The notes: generated by a model from the sequence alone, not told the origin. Positions 36,848 to 47,833 are shown, counted from the first letter of the whole stretch. The stretch is DNA of 63,775 bases, filler included, from 3 parts of 3 records of this genome joined end to end with filler, not necessarily neighbours in it, one strand, 5' to 3'. Numbers and translations are program-made.

Positions 36848-37942
36848 TCACGCTTCTGGCTGCGCCTCCTGCTTACCAGGAGAGTAATCTGCCTGCCGGG
36901 GCCAGGCGTTGATCACCGCCTTGATCAGCGTGGCCAGCGGGATGGCGAAGAACACACCCCACAGCCCCCACAGCCCGCCGAACAGAAGAATCGCAGTAAT
37001 AATCGCCACCGGGTGCAAGTTCACCGCCTCGGAAAACAGCAGCGGCACCAGAATATTGCCGTCAATGAACTGGATAATGCCGTACACGATCATCACCAGG
37101 GCGAAATCCCCGCCCCAGCCGAACTGCACATAGGCCACCGCCGCCACCGGCAAGGTCACCACGGTGGCGCCAATATACGGCACCACCACCGAGAGTCCCA
37201 CCAGCACCGACAACAGCACTGCGTAATTCATGTCCAACAGCACAAAGGCAATAAAGGTTGCCCCGCCTACCAGCAGAATCTCAATCGCCTTGCCCCGCAC
37301 ATAGTTGGCAATCTGGCCGTCCATTTCCTGCCATACATGGGACAGGATCCGCCGCTTGCTGGGCAGAAACCCCAGCATCCAGTTCACCAGCGTTTCCCGG
37401 TCCTTCAGAAAGAAGAACACCAGCAACGGCACCAACACCAGAAACACCATGATTTCCACCAGGTTCGGGATCGACGCCAGCGACAGGGTCAGCACCCCTT
37501 GCCCGGCTTCCGCCACTTCCCGCTGAATCACCGCAACAATGGAATTCACCTGTTCCATGGAAATGATTTCCGGGTAATGCGCCGGCAACCCCCGCAACCA
37601 GATTTCCCCATTCTTGAGCACATGGGGCAACTGATCCTGAACCAGCAGCACCAGCTGCCGCCAGACCATGGGCAATAACACGACCAACGTGGCAATCAAC
37701 AGCCCCATAAACAGCGTGAACACCAGCCCCACTGCCAGCATGCGTTTCACGCCCCGGCGCTCCAGCGCCCCCACCAGCCCCTGCATCAGGTAAGCGACCA
37801 CCATGGCCGTGAACACCGGGGCCAGCATGCCGCCGAAGAACGCGATGGTCAGGCCAATGACCAGTAGCAGGACAACCAGATACACCGCTTCTTCATCCGA
37901 GAAGTAGTTATCGGCCCAGTTTCTCAATATGCGTAGCATCAA
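36848..37942 (-). CDS. perM: AI-2E family transporter PerM
   Basis: Multi-TM protein; YFSDEEA, NYVRGK, VPYIGA, DGNILVPLLFSEAVNLHP, GVFFAIP. Confidence 0.88.
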   Translation of the reverse strand: MMLRILRNWADNYFSDEEAVYLVVLLLVIGLTIAFFGGMLAPVFTAMVVAYLMQGLVGALERRGVKRMLAVGLVFTLFMGLLIATLVVLLPMVWRQLVLLVQDQLPHVLKNGEIWLRGLPAHYPEIISMEQVNSIVAVIQREVAEAGQGVLTLSLASIPNLVEIMVFLVLVPLLVFFFLKDRETLVNWMLGFLPSKRRILSHVWQEMDGQIANYVRGKAIEILLVGGATFIAFVLLDMNYAVLLSVLVGLSVVVPYIGATVVTLPVAAVAYVQFGWGGDFALVMIVYGIIQFIDGNILVPLLFSEAVNLHPVAIITAILLFGGLWGLWGVFFAIPLATLIKAVINAWPRQADYSPGKQEAQPEA

Positions 37943-38202
37943 GGCTCCTGTGTGCCGCAGCGGATAACAAAACAGTAGCGGCCTTTGCTTTCCTGCATGC
38001 GAACTAGCTCATGACAGGATTGTCTCAGATAGGCAGGGATATCACTGGCTGAGCCGGTGTCCGTGGCGATCACTTCCAGTACTTGCCCGGCGCGGAGTTG
38101 CCGTAACGCCTGCCGGGTTTTCAATAACGGCAGCGGGCATTGTAATGTGGAGGCATCCACATGGAGATCAACCATTTGTTTGGATACAGGGTTTTCAGTC
38201 AT
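37939..38202 (-). CDS. TusA/SirA-family sulfurtransferase
   Basis: VDASTLQCPLPLLK, VIATDTGS..DIPAY; start uncertain. Confidence 0.88.
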   Translation of the reverse strand: MTENPVSKQMVDLHVDASTLQCPLPLLKTRQALRQLRAGQVLEVIATDTGSASDIPAYLRQSCHELVRMQESKGRYCFVIRCGTQEP

Positions 38203-38327
38203 TGTAATCGCTTCATTCATCGCCGCCCTGACGGCATTATAGTCACAAGCCGGGCATTGAATCAGTGCTCGCATAGCGATACCCGGAATTTCATGACCCG
38301 TTACTCGTCGCTGGACGGAGCCACAAC

Positions 38328-39764
38328 TTGTTGACGCTGTTTTTACGTACTTTTTTGCTGTTCGGCTGCTGCTGGCTGGCCAGCCCGTCTGCCGCCGATG
38401 ACAACCTGCCGGTACTCGGGGATCCCACTGCCGCGCTAATGTCTGCCGACCAGGAATACCGCCTGGGTCGGGCCTGGCTGCGCGGCCTGCGCGGGCAGAC
38501 GTCCATCATGTCCGACCCCATGGTGCAGGAATACGTGGAAAGCCTGGTCTACCGCCTGGCCTCCTACAGCGATCTGAAAGAACCGAACCTGGATATCGTG
38601 GTCATCAACAGCCGCCAGATTAACGCCTTCGCGGTACCCGGCGGCGTCATCGGTCTCAACGCCGGCCTATTCCTGAATGCGGACAGCGAAGACGAAGTGG
38701 CCGGAGTGGTTGCCCACGAAATTGCCCACGTGAGCCAGCGGCACTTTGCTCGCCGCTACCTGGATTCGAAAAAAATGAACACCGCCGTGCTGGCCGCCAT
38801 GCTGGCCAGCCTGGCCGTGGCCATCGCCGGTGACGGTGAAGCCGGCATGGCCGGTATCGCTGCGACTCAGGCCGGCGCCATTCAGGCCCAACTGGCCTAC
38901 TCTCGCCAGAATGAACGCGAAGCCGACCGGGTAGGCATGCAGACCCTGGCCGCCTCAGGCATGGACCCGAGCGCCATGCCGCGTTTTTTCGAGCGCATGC
39001 ACGATAGCCAGCGTTTCTCCGGCGATCCGCCGGAGTTCCTGCTCACTCACCCGGTGACCGAAAGTCGTATTGCCGACAGTCGGGCGCGAGCACGCACCCT
39101 GCCACCGGCACGGTTATCCATATCCACCGGTTTTCTGCTGGCTCAGGCGCGGCTCAAGGCGGGGTTTATTACCTCTGACGATCAGGCCATTGAATACTTC
39201 AAACGCTACAGCAATGAGCGCAGTGCGCTGGGCCTGCAGGCGGCGCGTTATGGCCTGGCACTGAGCTACCTGCGCGCCAATCACTATGATCAGGCCCGCG
39301 AGCTGATGCAGGGGCTGGCCGATCAGTACCCGGACGAGCTCTGGTTCCGTCTGGGTCTGGCGGAAGTGGCACTGGATGAAGGCAACTACCCACTGACCAT
39401 TAAAGAAACCGAGTGGGTACAGCGAATTTCTCCGGACAATTACGCCGCATCCATCCTGCAAAGCAAGGCCTACCTGCGTAGCAAACAACCGGAAAAGGCC
39501 CTGCCGCTACTTAAACCGCTGGTCCATGAACACGCCAATGACCCGCACATCTGGGACCTGGTTGCCGATGCCTACGGCAATAGCGGGGATACCGTGCGCG
39601 CCCTGCATGCCCGTGCGGAAAGCCAATTCCTGCGTGGCAACGATCCCAAGGCGCAGCAACAAATGCGTTACGCCCTGCGTGATGCAGAAAACGACTTCGC
39701 CCTGTACAGCAAGCTGAACGGGCGATTGCGGGAAATGAAGCGATTGTCCGAAGAGGAATTCTGA
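38328..39764 (+). CDS. bepA: M48 metalloprotease with TPR domain (BepA/YfgC)
   Basis: Signal peptide; INAFAVPGG, HEIAHVSQRH, SRQNEREADRVG, PEFLLTHP; C-terminal TPRs. Confidence 0.92.
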   Translation: MLTLFLRTFLLFGCCWLASPSAADDNLPVLGDPTAALMSADQEYRLGRAWLRGLRGQTSIMSDPMVQEYVESLVYRLASYSDLKEPNLDIVVINSRQINAFAVPGGVIGLNAGLFLNADSEDEVAGVVAHEIAHVSQRHFARRYLDSKKMNTAVLAAMLASLAVAIAGDGEAGMAGIAATQAGAIQAQLAYSRQNEREADRVGMQTLAASGMDPSAMPRFFERMHDSQRFSGDPPEFLLTHPVTESRIADSRARARTLPPARLSISTGFLLAQARLKAGFITSDDQAIEYFKRYSNERSALGLQAARYGLALSYLRANHYDQARELMQGLADQYPDELWFRLGLAEVALDEGNYPLTIKETEWVQRISPDNYAASILQSKAYLRSKQPEKALPLLKPLVHEHANDPHIWDLVADAYGNSGDTVRALHARAESQFLRGNDPKAQQQMRYALRDAENDFALYSKLNGRLREMKRLSEEEF

Positions 39765-39872
39765 GCGAAGGGCGAGGATCCGCTGGGCTTTCGTCTGCCC
39801 CAACTCGCTCGCCCCGTACCGGCCTGACACCACAACCTGTTACCCGGATCGCCTGTCAGGCCCGAGCCATTG

Positions 39873-40922
39873 TTACCCTTTCAATGATTGACCGAAATCC
39901 AGCATGCGGTTCAACGGCACCATGGCTTTCTCTGCCAAGTCCTCGTTCACAAAGATTTCCTGGCCCATGCCGTTTTCATCTTCCAGCACTGCCAGCATGT
40001 TCTGCAGGCCATTCATGGCCATCCATGGGCAATGGGCGCAACTGCGGCAGGTTGCCCCGGAACCGGCGGTCGGTGCTTCAAGGAAGGTTTTGCCCGGCGC
40101 CAGTTGCTGCATCTTGTAGAAGATGCCCTTGTCTGTCGCGACAATAAAGGCGTCATTATCCATCTCGCAAGCGGCCTTGATCAGCTGCGACGTAGAGCCC
40201 ACCACATCCGCCATTGCCACTACCGAGGCCGGCGATTCCGGATGCACCAGAATGGCAGCGTCCGGGTACGCCGCTTTCAGATCATGCAGGCCTTTGGCCT
40301 TGAACTCTTCGTGCACAATGCACGCACCATCCCAGCACAGTACATCAGCGCCGGATTTGTCGCGCACATAACCGCCCAAATGCTTATCCGGTGCCCACAG
40401 GATTTTCTCACCGTTGCTATCAAGATGCTCAATCAGCTCCACCGCGATGGATGAGGTAACCACCCAATCGGCCCGGGCTTTCACGGCAGCGGATGTATTG
40501 GCGTAAACCACCACGGTGCGGTCCGGGTGCTCATCGCAAAAAGCGGAAAACTCGTCTTCCGGGCAACCGATATCCAGGGAGCAGGTCGCTTCCAGCGTCG
40601 GCATGAAGACGCGCTTTTCCGGACTGAGGATCTTGGCGGTCTCACCCATGAACTTGACCCCGGCCACAATCAGCGTGGACGCGGGATGGTCTTTACCGAA
40701 ACGGGCCATTTCCAGGGAATCGGACACACAGCCGCCGGTTTCTTCCGCCAGCGACTGAATTTCAGGGTCTGTGTAGTAATGCGCCACCAGCACCGCATCG
40801 CGTTGACGCAACAGCGCCTTGATCCGGTCTCGATAGGATGCTCGCTGCTCATCGCTGAGCGTATCGTCCGGCTCTACCTTGGCCAGGTGCGCCTGAACCC
40901 GTGCTTGTGCCTCTGCAGTCAT
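39873..40922 (-). CDS. nadA: Quinolinate synthase A
   Basis: [52 protein letters not shown]. Confidence 0.96.
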   Translation of the reverse strand: MTAEAQARVQAHLAKVEPDDTLSDEQRASYRDRIKALLRQRDAVLVAHYYTDPEIQSLAEETGGCVSDSLEMARFGKDHPASTLIVAGVKFMGETAKILSPEKRVFMPTLEATCSLDIGCPEDEFSAFCDEHPDRTVVVYANTSAAVKARADWVVTSSIAVELIEHLDSNGEKILWAPDKHLGGYVRDKSGADVLCWDGACIVHEEFKAKGLHDLKAAYPDAAILVHPESPASVVAMADVVGSTSQLIKAACEMDNDAFIVATDKGIFYKMQQLAPGKTFLEAPTAGSGATCRSCAHCPWMAMNGLQNMLAVLEDENGMGQEIFVNEDLAEKAMVPLNRMLDFGQSLKG

Positions 40923-41076
40923 TGCCTTACCGCCCGGGGTTTCCCCCTGATATCAACAACTTATAAAGTTAATACGAAAAATAAGGCGGGCATAATACCA
41001 CAACATCAAGGAACCGCTGAATCACGGTCAATGACTCGCCCTGCAGTGACTAAAATGGGCGCGCCGGCGCCGCTTT

Positions 41077-42345
41077 TCAAGCCTGCAAGGAGGGCCGATA
41101 GGCAGGGCCTGCGGCCACCAGGTGTACCGTGCTGATGGCGCGCTCCAGGAAGGCCCCCTCGCAGTAGCACAGATAGTACTCCCACATGCGCACGAACCGC
41201 TCATCAAAGCCCAGCTCACGAATGCGAGACAGCGCACCGTGAAAACGTTGCCGCCAGTGATTCAAAGTCAGGGCGTAATCATGGCCGATGTCGTGCAGCT
41301 CCGTGGCCACCAGGCGAGTATGGCGGGTCAGGTTGTCGCACATCACCGACACACTGGGCAGAAAACCTCCCGGGAAGATATAGCGCTTGATAAAATCCAC
41401 CTGTTTGAGCGCATAGTCATAACGCTGATCCGGCACGGTGATTGCCTGAATCAACAGCAGCCCCTCCGGCTTCAGGCGCTTGCCCAGCACATCAAAATAA
41501 CCGGGCAAAAATTCCGCCCCCACTGCTTCAATCATTTCCACCGATACCACCCGGTCGTACTGGCCGGTCAATTCCCGGTAATCGTTTTCCAGAATGGTAA
41601 TACGATCACCCAGCCCCGCATCAGCAACCTGCGCCCGGGCATAACGGGCCTGCTCACGGGAAATGGTTGTGGTGGTAACCGTGACGCCATAATGCTGCGC
41701 CGCATGCAGGGCCAGCCCCCCCCAACCCGTGCCAATTTCCAGCAACGTCATGCCTGGCTGCAATTGCAGGCGCTGACAAATCAAATCCAGCTTGTGCACA
41801 GACGCGTCTTCCAGAGAGGCTTCCGGGTGGGGAAATACCGCACTGGAATACATCATGGTACGGTCCAGAAACAGGCTGAAAAAATCGTTACCCAGATCGT
41901 AGTGGGCAGAAATATTTCTGCGCGATCCCTGCAGAGAATTTCGATTGTAGCGATGCAGCATCTTCAGCGCCGGCTTGGACAGGGAAGCAAAGCCCCCTTC
42001 CAGGGCTTGCATGGCATCCACATTGGCCGCGAAATAGCGAATCACCTTGACCAGGTCCGGGCTGGACCAACCTTCTTCCATAAAGGCTTCCGCCGCTCCC
42101 AGCGCTCCCCCACTCATCATCATGCCGTAGGTGCGCCAGTCCGCCAGAACTATGTGTCCCGGGTCGTGAGGCTGAACACTATTGCCCAGCATCACCGTAT
42201 TGCCATCCGGCTCATCGATACGCAAACCGCCATGGGGCAGTTTCGCCAGCTGATTCAACACCAGTGTACGCGCCACCGACTGCGGCCAACTCAGTGTGCC
42301 GGCCTGGTCACCTTTATTGTCAGAGGCTTTATCGCCAGACAGCAT
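41077..42345 (-). CDS. cfa: Cyclopropane-fatty-acyl-phospholipid synthase family methyltransferase
   Basis: NISAHYDLGNDFF, MMYSSA, EIGTGWG, SVEMIEAVG, YIFPGG, WEYYLCYCEGAF. Confidence 0.92.
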   Translation of the reverse strand: MLSGDKASDNKGDQAGTLSWPQSVARTLVLNQLAKLPHGGLRIDEPDGNTVMLGNSVQPHDPGHIVLADWRTYGMMMSGGALGAAEAFMEEGWSSPDLVKVIRYFAANVDAMQALEGGFASLSKPALKMLHRYNRNSLQGSRRNISAHYDLGNDFFSLFLDRTMMYSSAVFPHPEASLEDASVHKLDLICQRLQLQPGMTLLEIGTGWGGLALHAAQHYGVTVTTTTISREQARYARAQVADAGLGDRITILENDYRELTGQYDRVVSVEMIEAVGAEFLPGYFDVLGKRLKPEGLLLIQAITVPDQRYDYALKQVDFIKRYIFPGGFLPSVSVMCDNLTRHTRLVATELHDIGHDYALTLNHWRQRFHGALSRIRELGFDERFVRMWEYYLCYCEGAFLERAISTVHLVAAGPAYRPSLQA

Positions 42346-42389
42346 GTGTCTCACTCCCTGTTTCCTTCATCTTCATCGCATTCAGCGCG

Positions 42390-43166
42390 TTAATCGCGCT
42401 TGCCAGCGGGGTGGCCATGGAAGACCGCACCCTTGCGCCACAGTTTGAAGGCCTGCCAGTAGATACGTTTCAGCGTGGCCAACCCCTGTGCACCAAACCG
42501 GAAAACCCCCTTGCCCATCGCGGCCGAATCCGGCGCAAATAATTGCAATTTCAGGCCGGCCTTGAAGACGGGAGTCTGATCGTCCCGGTCTTCCAACCCT
42601 ATTCGCAAATTGGGTAAGGCAACGTGAAGAGACCAGTGGTATTGCAGAAACATGGGCAGGAACGGCGAGACATGAAACGCCTTGGGGTGATCAACCACCA
42701 GCGCGCCGTTATCGCGACGCGAAAATGTGAGGGGATAAAAGTGACGCTCACGCCAGGGCGTATTCTGCACCTCGGCAATCATGCTGTCGGGCTGGCTTTG
42801 CCCTTCCGGAAAATGCAGGTACAACACCAGCGGATTAAACAGGGAACCAAAGGTACGCCACTGCCCCAGCATACAGGTCTGCCCGCGGGACCAATCCAGC
42901 CCCAGAGTGAATGCTTTTTCGCGCACTTTTGTCGCCAACGGAACACAACGGCCATCCAGGTAATCCCGGTCACGAAACGTCACCGGTCGCCATGCCCGCC
43001 CCCAGGCCCAGTGCTGTCCCAGCAGCACATCGATTTTTTCCAGGTCGCACCAGACCATCCACAGCGGGTAATCAAAACCGTGAGTAAACGGTTTCAGCCG
43101 CTGATGCCAGACTCGCCCCTTGGCAATGGCGCAAGGCGTTACCCCTTGCTCAGCCGACGCCTTCAT
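42390..43166 (-). CDS. DUF1365 family protein
   Basis: HQRLKPFTHGFDYP, FNPL, AEVQNTPWRERH, KAFHVSPF, IYWQA. Confidence 0.9.
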   Translation of the reverse strand: MKASAEQGVTPCAIAKGRVWHQRLKPFTHGFDYPLWMVWCDLEKIDVLLGQHWAWGRAWRPVTFRDRDYLDGRCVPLATKVREKAFTLGLDWSRGQTCMLGQWRTFGSLFNPLVLYLHFPEGQSQPDSMIAEVQNTPWRERHFYPLTFSRRDNGALVVDHPKAFHVSPFLPMFLQYHWSLHVALPNLRIGLEDRDDQTPVFKAGLKLQLFAPDSAAMGKGVFRFGAQGLATLKRIYWQAFKLWRKGAVFHGHPAGKRD

Positions 43167-44434
43167 TACGCAGCACTCCCTGCCCGGGCTCTGGCAGCAA
43201 TGCCATCCACCACGTTCAGCGCAGACACCACGCCATCTTCATGAAAGCCATTGCGACACCAGGCACCGGCAAACCAGGTAGCCCGTTTACCGTTTTCTTT
43301 CAATAACTGCTCGCGGGCGGCCACGGTTTGCGGCGTAAATAGCGGGTGCGCAAAACGGTAACGCGCCAGGATTTTGTTTTCATCAATGCGATCCGTGGCA
43401 TTAAGCGTTACACAGAACGTTTCCGGGGCGTTAATGCCCTGCAGGATATTCATGTTGTAGGTCACCTGAACCCGTTCCTGATCCTGCTCGAAAAGCAAGG
43501 CATTCCAGCTGGACCAGACCCGCTCGCGACGCGGTAAAAGCCGGGTATCGGTGTGCAAGACCACCTCATTGTCCTGATAACCCAATTGCGACAAGGTACG
43601 CTTTTCCCGTTCATCCGGATCACCCAGCAACGCCAGCGCCTGATCGCTGTGGCAAGCCAGCACCACTTGATCAAAGTGCTGCTCTTGGCCCTGCACCGTT
43701 ACGTAGACACCTTGATCATCTCGACGCACCCCCTGTACCGGGGTGCCGGTATGAAAGGTGGCTTCGCAACCGTCTACCAACGGCTGCACATATTGGTTGG
43801 AGCCACCGGGAACCACAAACCACTGTGGGCGATCATTGAGCGACAGCAGGCCATGGTTCTGGAAAAACTGAATGAAGAACCGGGCAGGAAACACTTCCAT
43901 CTGCTCCAGGGAACAGGACCAGATAGCCCCGCCCATGGCCAGAATGTAGTCCCGGGAAAAACGCTCGCCGTAACCGTTGTCGCGCAAATATTTCCCCAGA
44001 GGAATGTCTCCCTCTACGCTATTGAGCAAGGCCGGAGCCTGCTTGTTGAATCGCAAAATGTCACGAATAAAGCGCCAGTGTGATGGGCTGAACAGATTGC
44101 GTTTCTGGGCAAACATGCCGCCCAGCCCATCACCACAGTATTCCAGCCCATTCTTCTGGTCACTCACCGCAAAGCCCATGGGCGTCGGCTGACCTTGCAT
44201 GCCCAACGCATCAAGCAGGCGCCGATAGTTCGGGTAGGTGCGATCATTGAAGACGATAAACCCCACATCAATCGCGTATTCCCCGTGGGGCCGGGAAACC
44301 GGCACCGTACAGGTGTGGCCACCCAGATAGTCATTGGCTTCAAACACCTCGACCTGGTGCCCAGCTTTCGACAAATACCAGGCGGCGGTCAGCCCGCTGA
44401 TACCGGCACCAACAATGGCAATACGCTGACTCAT
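43166..44434 (-). CDS. FAD-dependent oxidoreductase (amine oxidase/fatty-acid desaturase-like, cfa-associated)
   Basis: IVGAGISG, GGHT, DVGFIVFNDRTYP, FFQNHGLL, ACHSDQAL, GFHEDG. Confidence 0.92.
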   Translation of the reverse strand: MSQRIAIVGAGISGLTAAWYLSKAGHQVEVFEANDYLGGHTCTVPVSRPHGEYAIDVGFIVFNDRTYPNYRRLLDALGMQGQPTPMGFAVSDQKNGLEYCGDGLGGMFAQKRNLFSPSHWRFIRDILRFNKQAPALLNSVEGDIPLGKYLRDNGYGERFSRDYILAMGGAIWSCSLEQMEVFPARFFIQFFQNHGLLSLNDRPQWFVVPGGSNQYVQPLVDGCEATFHTGTPVQGVRRDDQGVYVTVQGQEQHFDQVVLACHSDQALALLGDPDEREKRTLSQLGYQDNEVVLHTDTRLLPRRERVWSSWNALLFEQDQERVQVTYNMNILQGINAPETFCVTLNATDRIDENKILARYRFAHPLFTPQTVAAREQLLKENGKRATWFAGAWCRNGFHEDGVVSALNVVDGIAARARAGSAA

Positions 44435-45927
44435 GCTTTTCCCTTTCTGTTGTTATCCGTGTTGTTATCCATAGCCGAGCTCATCGATTGCTCCTGATCA
44501 AACTGCGTCTTGGCCGCCTTGAACGCGGTGGTCACCCGCTCACGCACCCCGGCATGGGGCACGATGGGTGGCGGATAATCCGGCGCCAGTAACGGTTGCT
44601 TCCAGGGTTCATGGATTTGCTTGCTATCCAGGCCACGCAATTCAGGCACCCAGCGGCCAATGAAACCGCCCTCACTATCAAAGCGCTGCCCCTGGCGCAC
44701 CGGGTTGAAGACCCGAAAATAGGGCACCGCATCCGTGCCCGCCGACGCGCTCCACTGCCAACCACCGTTGTTGGCGGCAAAATCCCCATCCATCAGGTGC
44801 TCCATGAAGAAGGCTTCTCCCCAACGCCAGTCCAGCCAAAGATGCTTGCTGAGAAACATGGCTGTCACCATGCGCAGCCGGTTATGCATCCAGCCGGTGG
44901 CAACCAGCTGACGCATGGCCGCATCCACCAGTGGGTAACCGGTGCGCCCTTCGCACCAGGCCGCGAAGCGTTCGTCATCCTGGTCCCATTGCAGCAGGTC
45001 GGTTTCGGGGCGGAATGCCTGGCCGCGACTGACACGGGGAAACTGCGCCATGATCTGACGGTAGAAATCCCGCCAGGCCAGTTCGCCGATCCAGCACGCG
45101 GCACCATCACGGCTCCCCGCATCCGCCATCGCCTCACTCGCGGCCCGGTAACAGCTGGCCACGGACAAGGTCCCGGCGGATAACGCCGCCGACAAACCAC
45201 TGGTCGCGCCCAGATCCGGAAAGTCCCGCTGACGCCGATACCCCGCCAGGTTCTGCTCCACAAACCGGTCGAGCTGCTGCCAGGCAGCGTCTTCTCCGGG
45301 TGACCACTGCTGCCTTAATGCCTCAGGGACACTCAGCGCCTTCAGTGCGTTGGCGACCACCGAAGCGCCAGCAAAGTCGCCATGGTCATCACATTCTGAC
45401 GGGGGGGGCGTCACCGCCGGGTGATGATCAGCCATCCAGACATCCCAGCGCTTCTTGTAGGCACCAAACACCGTATAGGGCGTCCCTTTACCCGTGCGCA
45501 ATGCAGCTGGCGGCACCAACACCCCGTCGTCGAATCCCTGCAGGGAAACGCCCTGCCCGCGCAACCGTTCCGCCACCGCCTTGTCGCGCTGTTTTTCGTT
45601 CAGGGGATACTCTCGATTGCAGTACAGATGTGTCACCCCGTGACCCCGCGCAAACTGCGCCAGCGCCTCCGGCACCGCGTCAAAGGTATCGACCTCCAAC
45701 ACATGCAGGTCAACGCCTCGCCGGGCCAGTGATTCGCCCAGCACACGCAGACTTTCCAGCACATACCAGCGCCTTAACGGCGCCACCTGGTGGCGATCCC
45801 ACTGGACCGGACACAGACAGTACACAGCCAGTGTCCGTGTCTCTGCTCCTGACGATTCCGACAATGCGGCCTGCAAGGGCGAATGCGCCGCCACACGCAG
45901 GTCATTGCGATACCAGACCAGATTCAT
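44431..45927 (-). CDS. phrB: Deoxyribodipyrimidine photolyase (class I CPD)
   Basis: LVWYRNDLR, ELAWRDFY, GRTGYPLVDAAMRQL..TGWMHNRLRM, NNGGWQW, PYFRVFNP; ATGA overlap with the MerR gene. Confidence 0.95.
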   Translation of the reverse strand: MNLVWYRNDLRVAAHSPLQAALSESSGAETRTLAVYCLCPVQWDRHQVAPLRRWYVLESLRVLGESLARRGVDLHVLEVDTFDAVPEALAQFARGHGVTHLYCNREYPLNEKQRDKAVAERLRGQGVSLQGFDDGVLVPPAALRTGKGTPYTVFGAYKKRWDVWMADHHPAVTPPPSECDDHGDFAGASVVANALKALSVPEALRQQWSPGEDAAWQQLDRFVEQNLAGYRRQRDFPDLGATSGLSAALSAGTLSVASCYRAASEAMADAGSRDGAACWIGELAWRDFYRQIMAQFPRVSRGQAFRPETDLLQWDQDDERFAAWCEGRTGYPLVDAAMRQLVATGWMHNRLRMVTAMFLSKHLWLDWRWGEAFFMEHLMDGDFAANNGGWQWSASAGTDAVPYFRVFNPVRQGQRFDSEGGFIGRWVPELRGLDSKQIHEPWKQPLLAPDYPPPIVPHAGVRERVTTAFKAAKTQFDQEQSMSSAMDNNTDNNRKGKA

Positions 45928-46826
45928 GTCGCACTCCAGGTGTGTTGTAGCCGATCCAGTTCGCTCAGCAGCGCTTGCCGGCGGCCGGTGAGCAGCGACA
46001 CTTCTGCCGGCAATGGCAGCTGAGAAACATCCATCCCCCAGCACGCTTCGGCAAGGCCGCGGGCGGACGCAACGCCCATTTGCTGGCGCTCTGCCGCCGT
46101 CGGCCAGCGGTCCAGCACCCACAGCACCCCGCCACCGCGCTCGGCCAGCCCTTCGAACACGCTGCGCAGCTGACCGACAGACAGGTTTGCCCCCAAGCAC
46201 CACAGCGGACGGTTCAAGACCATCGCCAACTCCAGAGCCGGCAAGCTATTACCCACCGGAATCAGCAGCCACCCTGGTTGCCGTCGCCCTGGCGCCAGCG
46301 ACAACGCCCGCGACGCCCACTTAGCCACCAGCACACTATCTAGCACGGTCAACAGCCCGCCCAGCGACGGGGTGGCCGCCAGTTGCGCCCGCAACGGATC
46401 ACAAAACTGCTCCAGCACCAGTGCATGGCTGTAATCGTTCAACAGCCCGTTGAGCAACTGCTCCAGACGGCGGGTATTGAGTGATTCCAGCGCCGCCATG
46501 GCCGCAGTCGCCGCCTCGTGCCAAGGGCCGGCATCCTGATCACAGGGGGCGCTGATGGCGGTGTCCGGCTGATCCAGCAAGCCCGTTACCTGACTGATCG
46601 GCACCCCTCGCTCCAGCCACTGCTGAATCTGCTCGATACGGGCCATATCTGCTTCGCTGTAACGCCGGTGCCCCTTCTCCGTCCGGTCAGGGGACAGCAA
46701 GCCATAACGGCGCTCCCAGGCACGCAGAGTGACCGCCGGTATACCACAGCGCATGCTGACCTGTTGAATGCTGAGGCCACCGGTTTGCGGGGCTCGCAGC
46801 GGGGAAACCTCAATCGAGTCACTCAT
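45924..46826 (-). CDS. MerR-family regulator, LitR/CarH type with degenerate cobalamin-binding domain
   Basis: TLRAWERRYGLL.P.RT..GHRRYS HTH; lies in the photolyase operon; no ExHxxG motif in the C-terminal domain. Confidence 0.85.
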   Translation of the reverse strand: MSDSIEVSPLRAPQTGGLSIQQVSMRCGIPAVTLRAWERRYGLLSPDRTEKGHRRYSEADMARIEQIQQWLERGVPISQVTGLLDQPDTAISAPCDQDAGPWHEAATAAMAALESLNTRRLEQLLNGLLNDYSHALVLEQFCDPLRAQLAATPSLGGLLTVLDSVLVAKWASRALSLAPGRRQPGWLLIPVGNSLPALELAMVLNRPLWCLGANLSVGQLRSVFEGLAERGGGVLWVLDRWPTAAERQQMGVASARGLAEACWGMDVSQLPLPAEVSLLTGRRQALLSELDRLQHTWSAT

Positions 46827-47833
46827 ACCCGGTTTCTAAGGCCCAGCGGATCGGGGTACGGCGACAGATACCGCTGCTGGGCCAGGTACGGCTGGTCCGT
46901 TTTGCGCAGCGCCCCGCGCAGCAACGTCATCGGCACCACCAGGGGCACCTCTTCACGCAGGTAAGCGTCAATCTGTTCGTTGATCAGTGCCCGGTCCGCC
47001 TCGCCCAGATCCTGACGCAGGAACCCGGCCAGGTGTTGCAGGGTATTCACGTGCGCACCGCGGGAGACCCGCTTCTTCATGGCGGTCATGACCGCCTGGA
47101 TATAATCCCCGGCAATGTCCGCCAATGGGCGCGCCTTCATATCCGCCAGCATGGGCCCCAGCTCCCGGTAGGTTTTCTGGCAATGGGCCAGTAACTGGAA
47201 TTTGTGCCGGCTGTGGAAAGCAATCAGCTGTTGGGCAGTGAGCCCCCGCTCTACCATCTGACACCAGTCGTCGTACAAAAAAACGCGCTCAATGAAATTC
47301 TCCCGCAAGGTCGCATCATTCAATCGCCCTTCTTCTTCCAGCGGCATCAGCGGGTAGCGCTCGGCCAGCGCCGCCGCAAACAGGCCGCTGGCATCACGGC
47401 GCTGCACATTGCCGGCAGCGTTATAAACACGGATTCGCTCCATGCCACAGCTGGGGGATTTGGCCATCAGGATATAACCGCGCAGGGGAGCCAGAGACGG
47501 CAACGTACGGTCGATGAAATCCTGCATCAGCGCGGTGCAGTCACGCTCGCCATCCGTGGTCAGCAAACGCAGTGCCTCGCTGCCCGGCTCCTGTTCTGCC
47601 TGGGCAGGCTCGACAAGATGCATGGCTTTGCGTGGCGCCGGCATACCCGCCCCCATTTCGGGGCACAGCGAGCGAAATTCAAAGTACGACGACAGCACCT
47701 CGGTACAGTAGCGGGAATGCTTGTGCCCCTTGTCATGGCGTACTTCCAGGCCCATCAGACAGGCACTGATCCCCACCGGAATACGCAACCCGGGCAATGT
47801 CGACAACGGTGATGATGATTGAGCACTGTCCAT
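46823..47833 (-). CDS. DUF523-DUF1722 (YbgA/2-thiouracil desulfurase-like) protein
   Basis: GISACLMG..VRHD.GHK, CPEM, KSPSCG, EEEGRL, FHSRHK, NTLQH..GF, YLSPYP. Confidence 0.9.
   Translation of the reverse strand: MDSAQSSSPLSTLPGLRIPVGISACLMGLEVRHDKGHKHSRYCTEVLSSYFEFRSLCPEMGAGMPAPRKAMHLVEPAQAEQEPGSEALRLLTTDGERDCTALMQDFIDRTLPSLAPLRGYILMAKSPSCGMERIRVYNAAGNVQRRDASGLFAAALAERYPLMPLEEEGRLNDATLRENFIERVFLYDDWCQMVERGLTAQQLIAFHSRHKFQLLAHCQKTYRELGPMLADMKARPLADIAGDYIQAVMTAMKKRVSRGAHVNTLQHLAGFLRQDLGEADRALINEQIDAYLREEVPLVVPMTLLRGALRKTDQPYLAQQRYLSPYPDPLGLRNRV

Noticed and set aside
45928..46203. N-terminal extensions in the ORF track for phrB (also hisH 10251, hisF 11102, YiiX-like 56912, ligase 52760)
   Set aside because: Family N-termini, RBS positions and stop-start overlaps support the downstream starts
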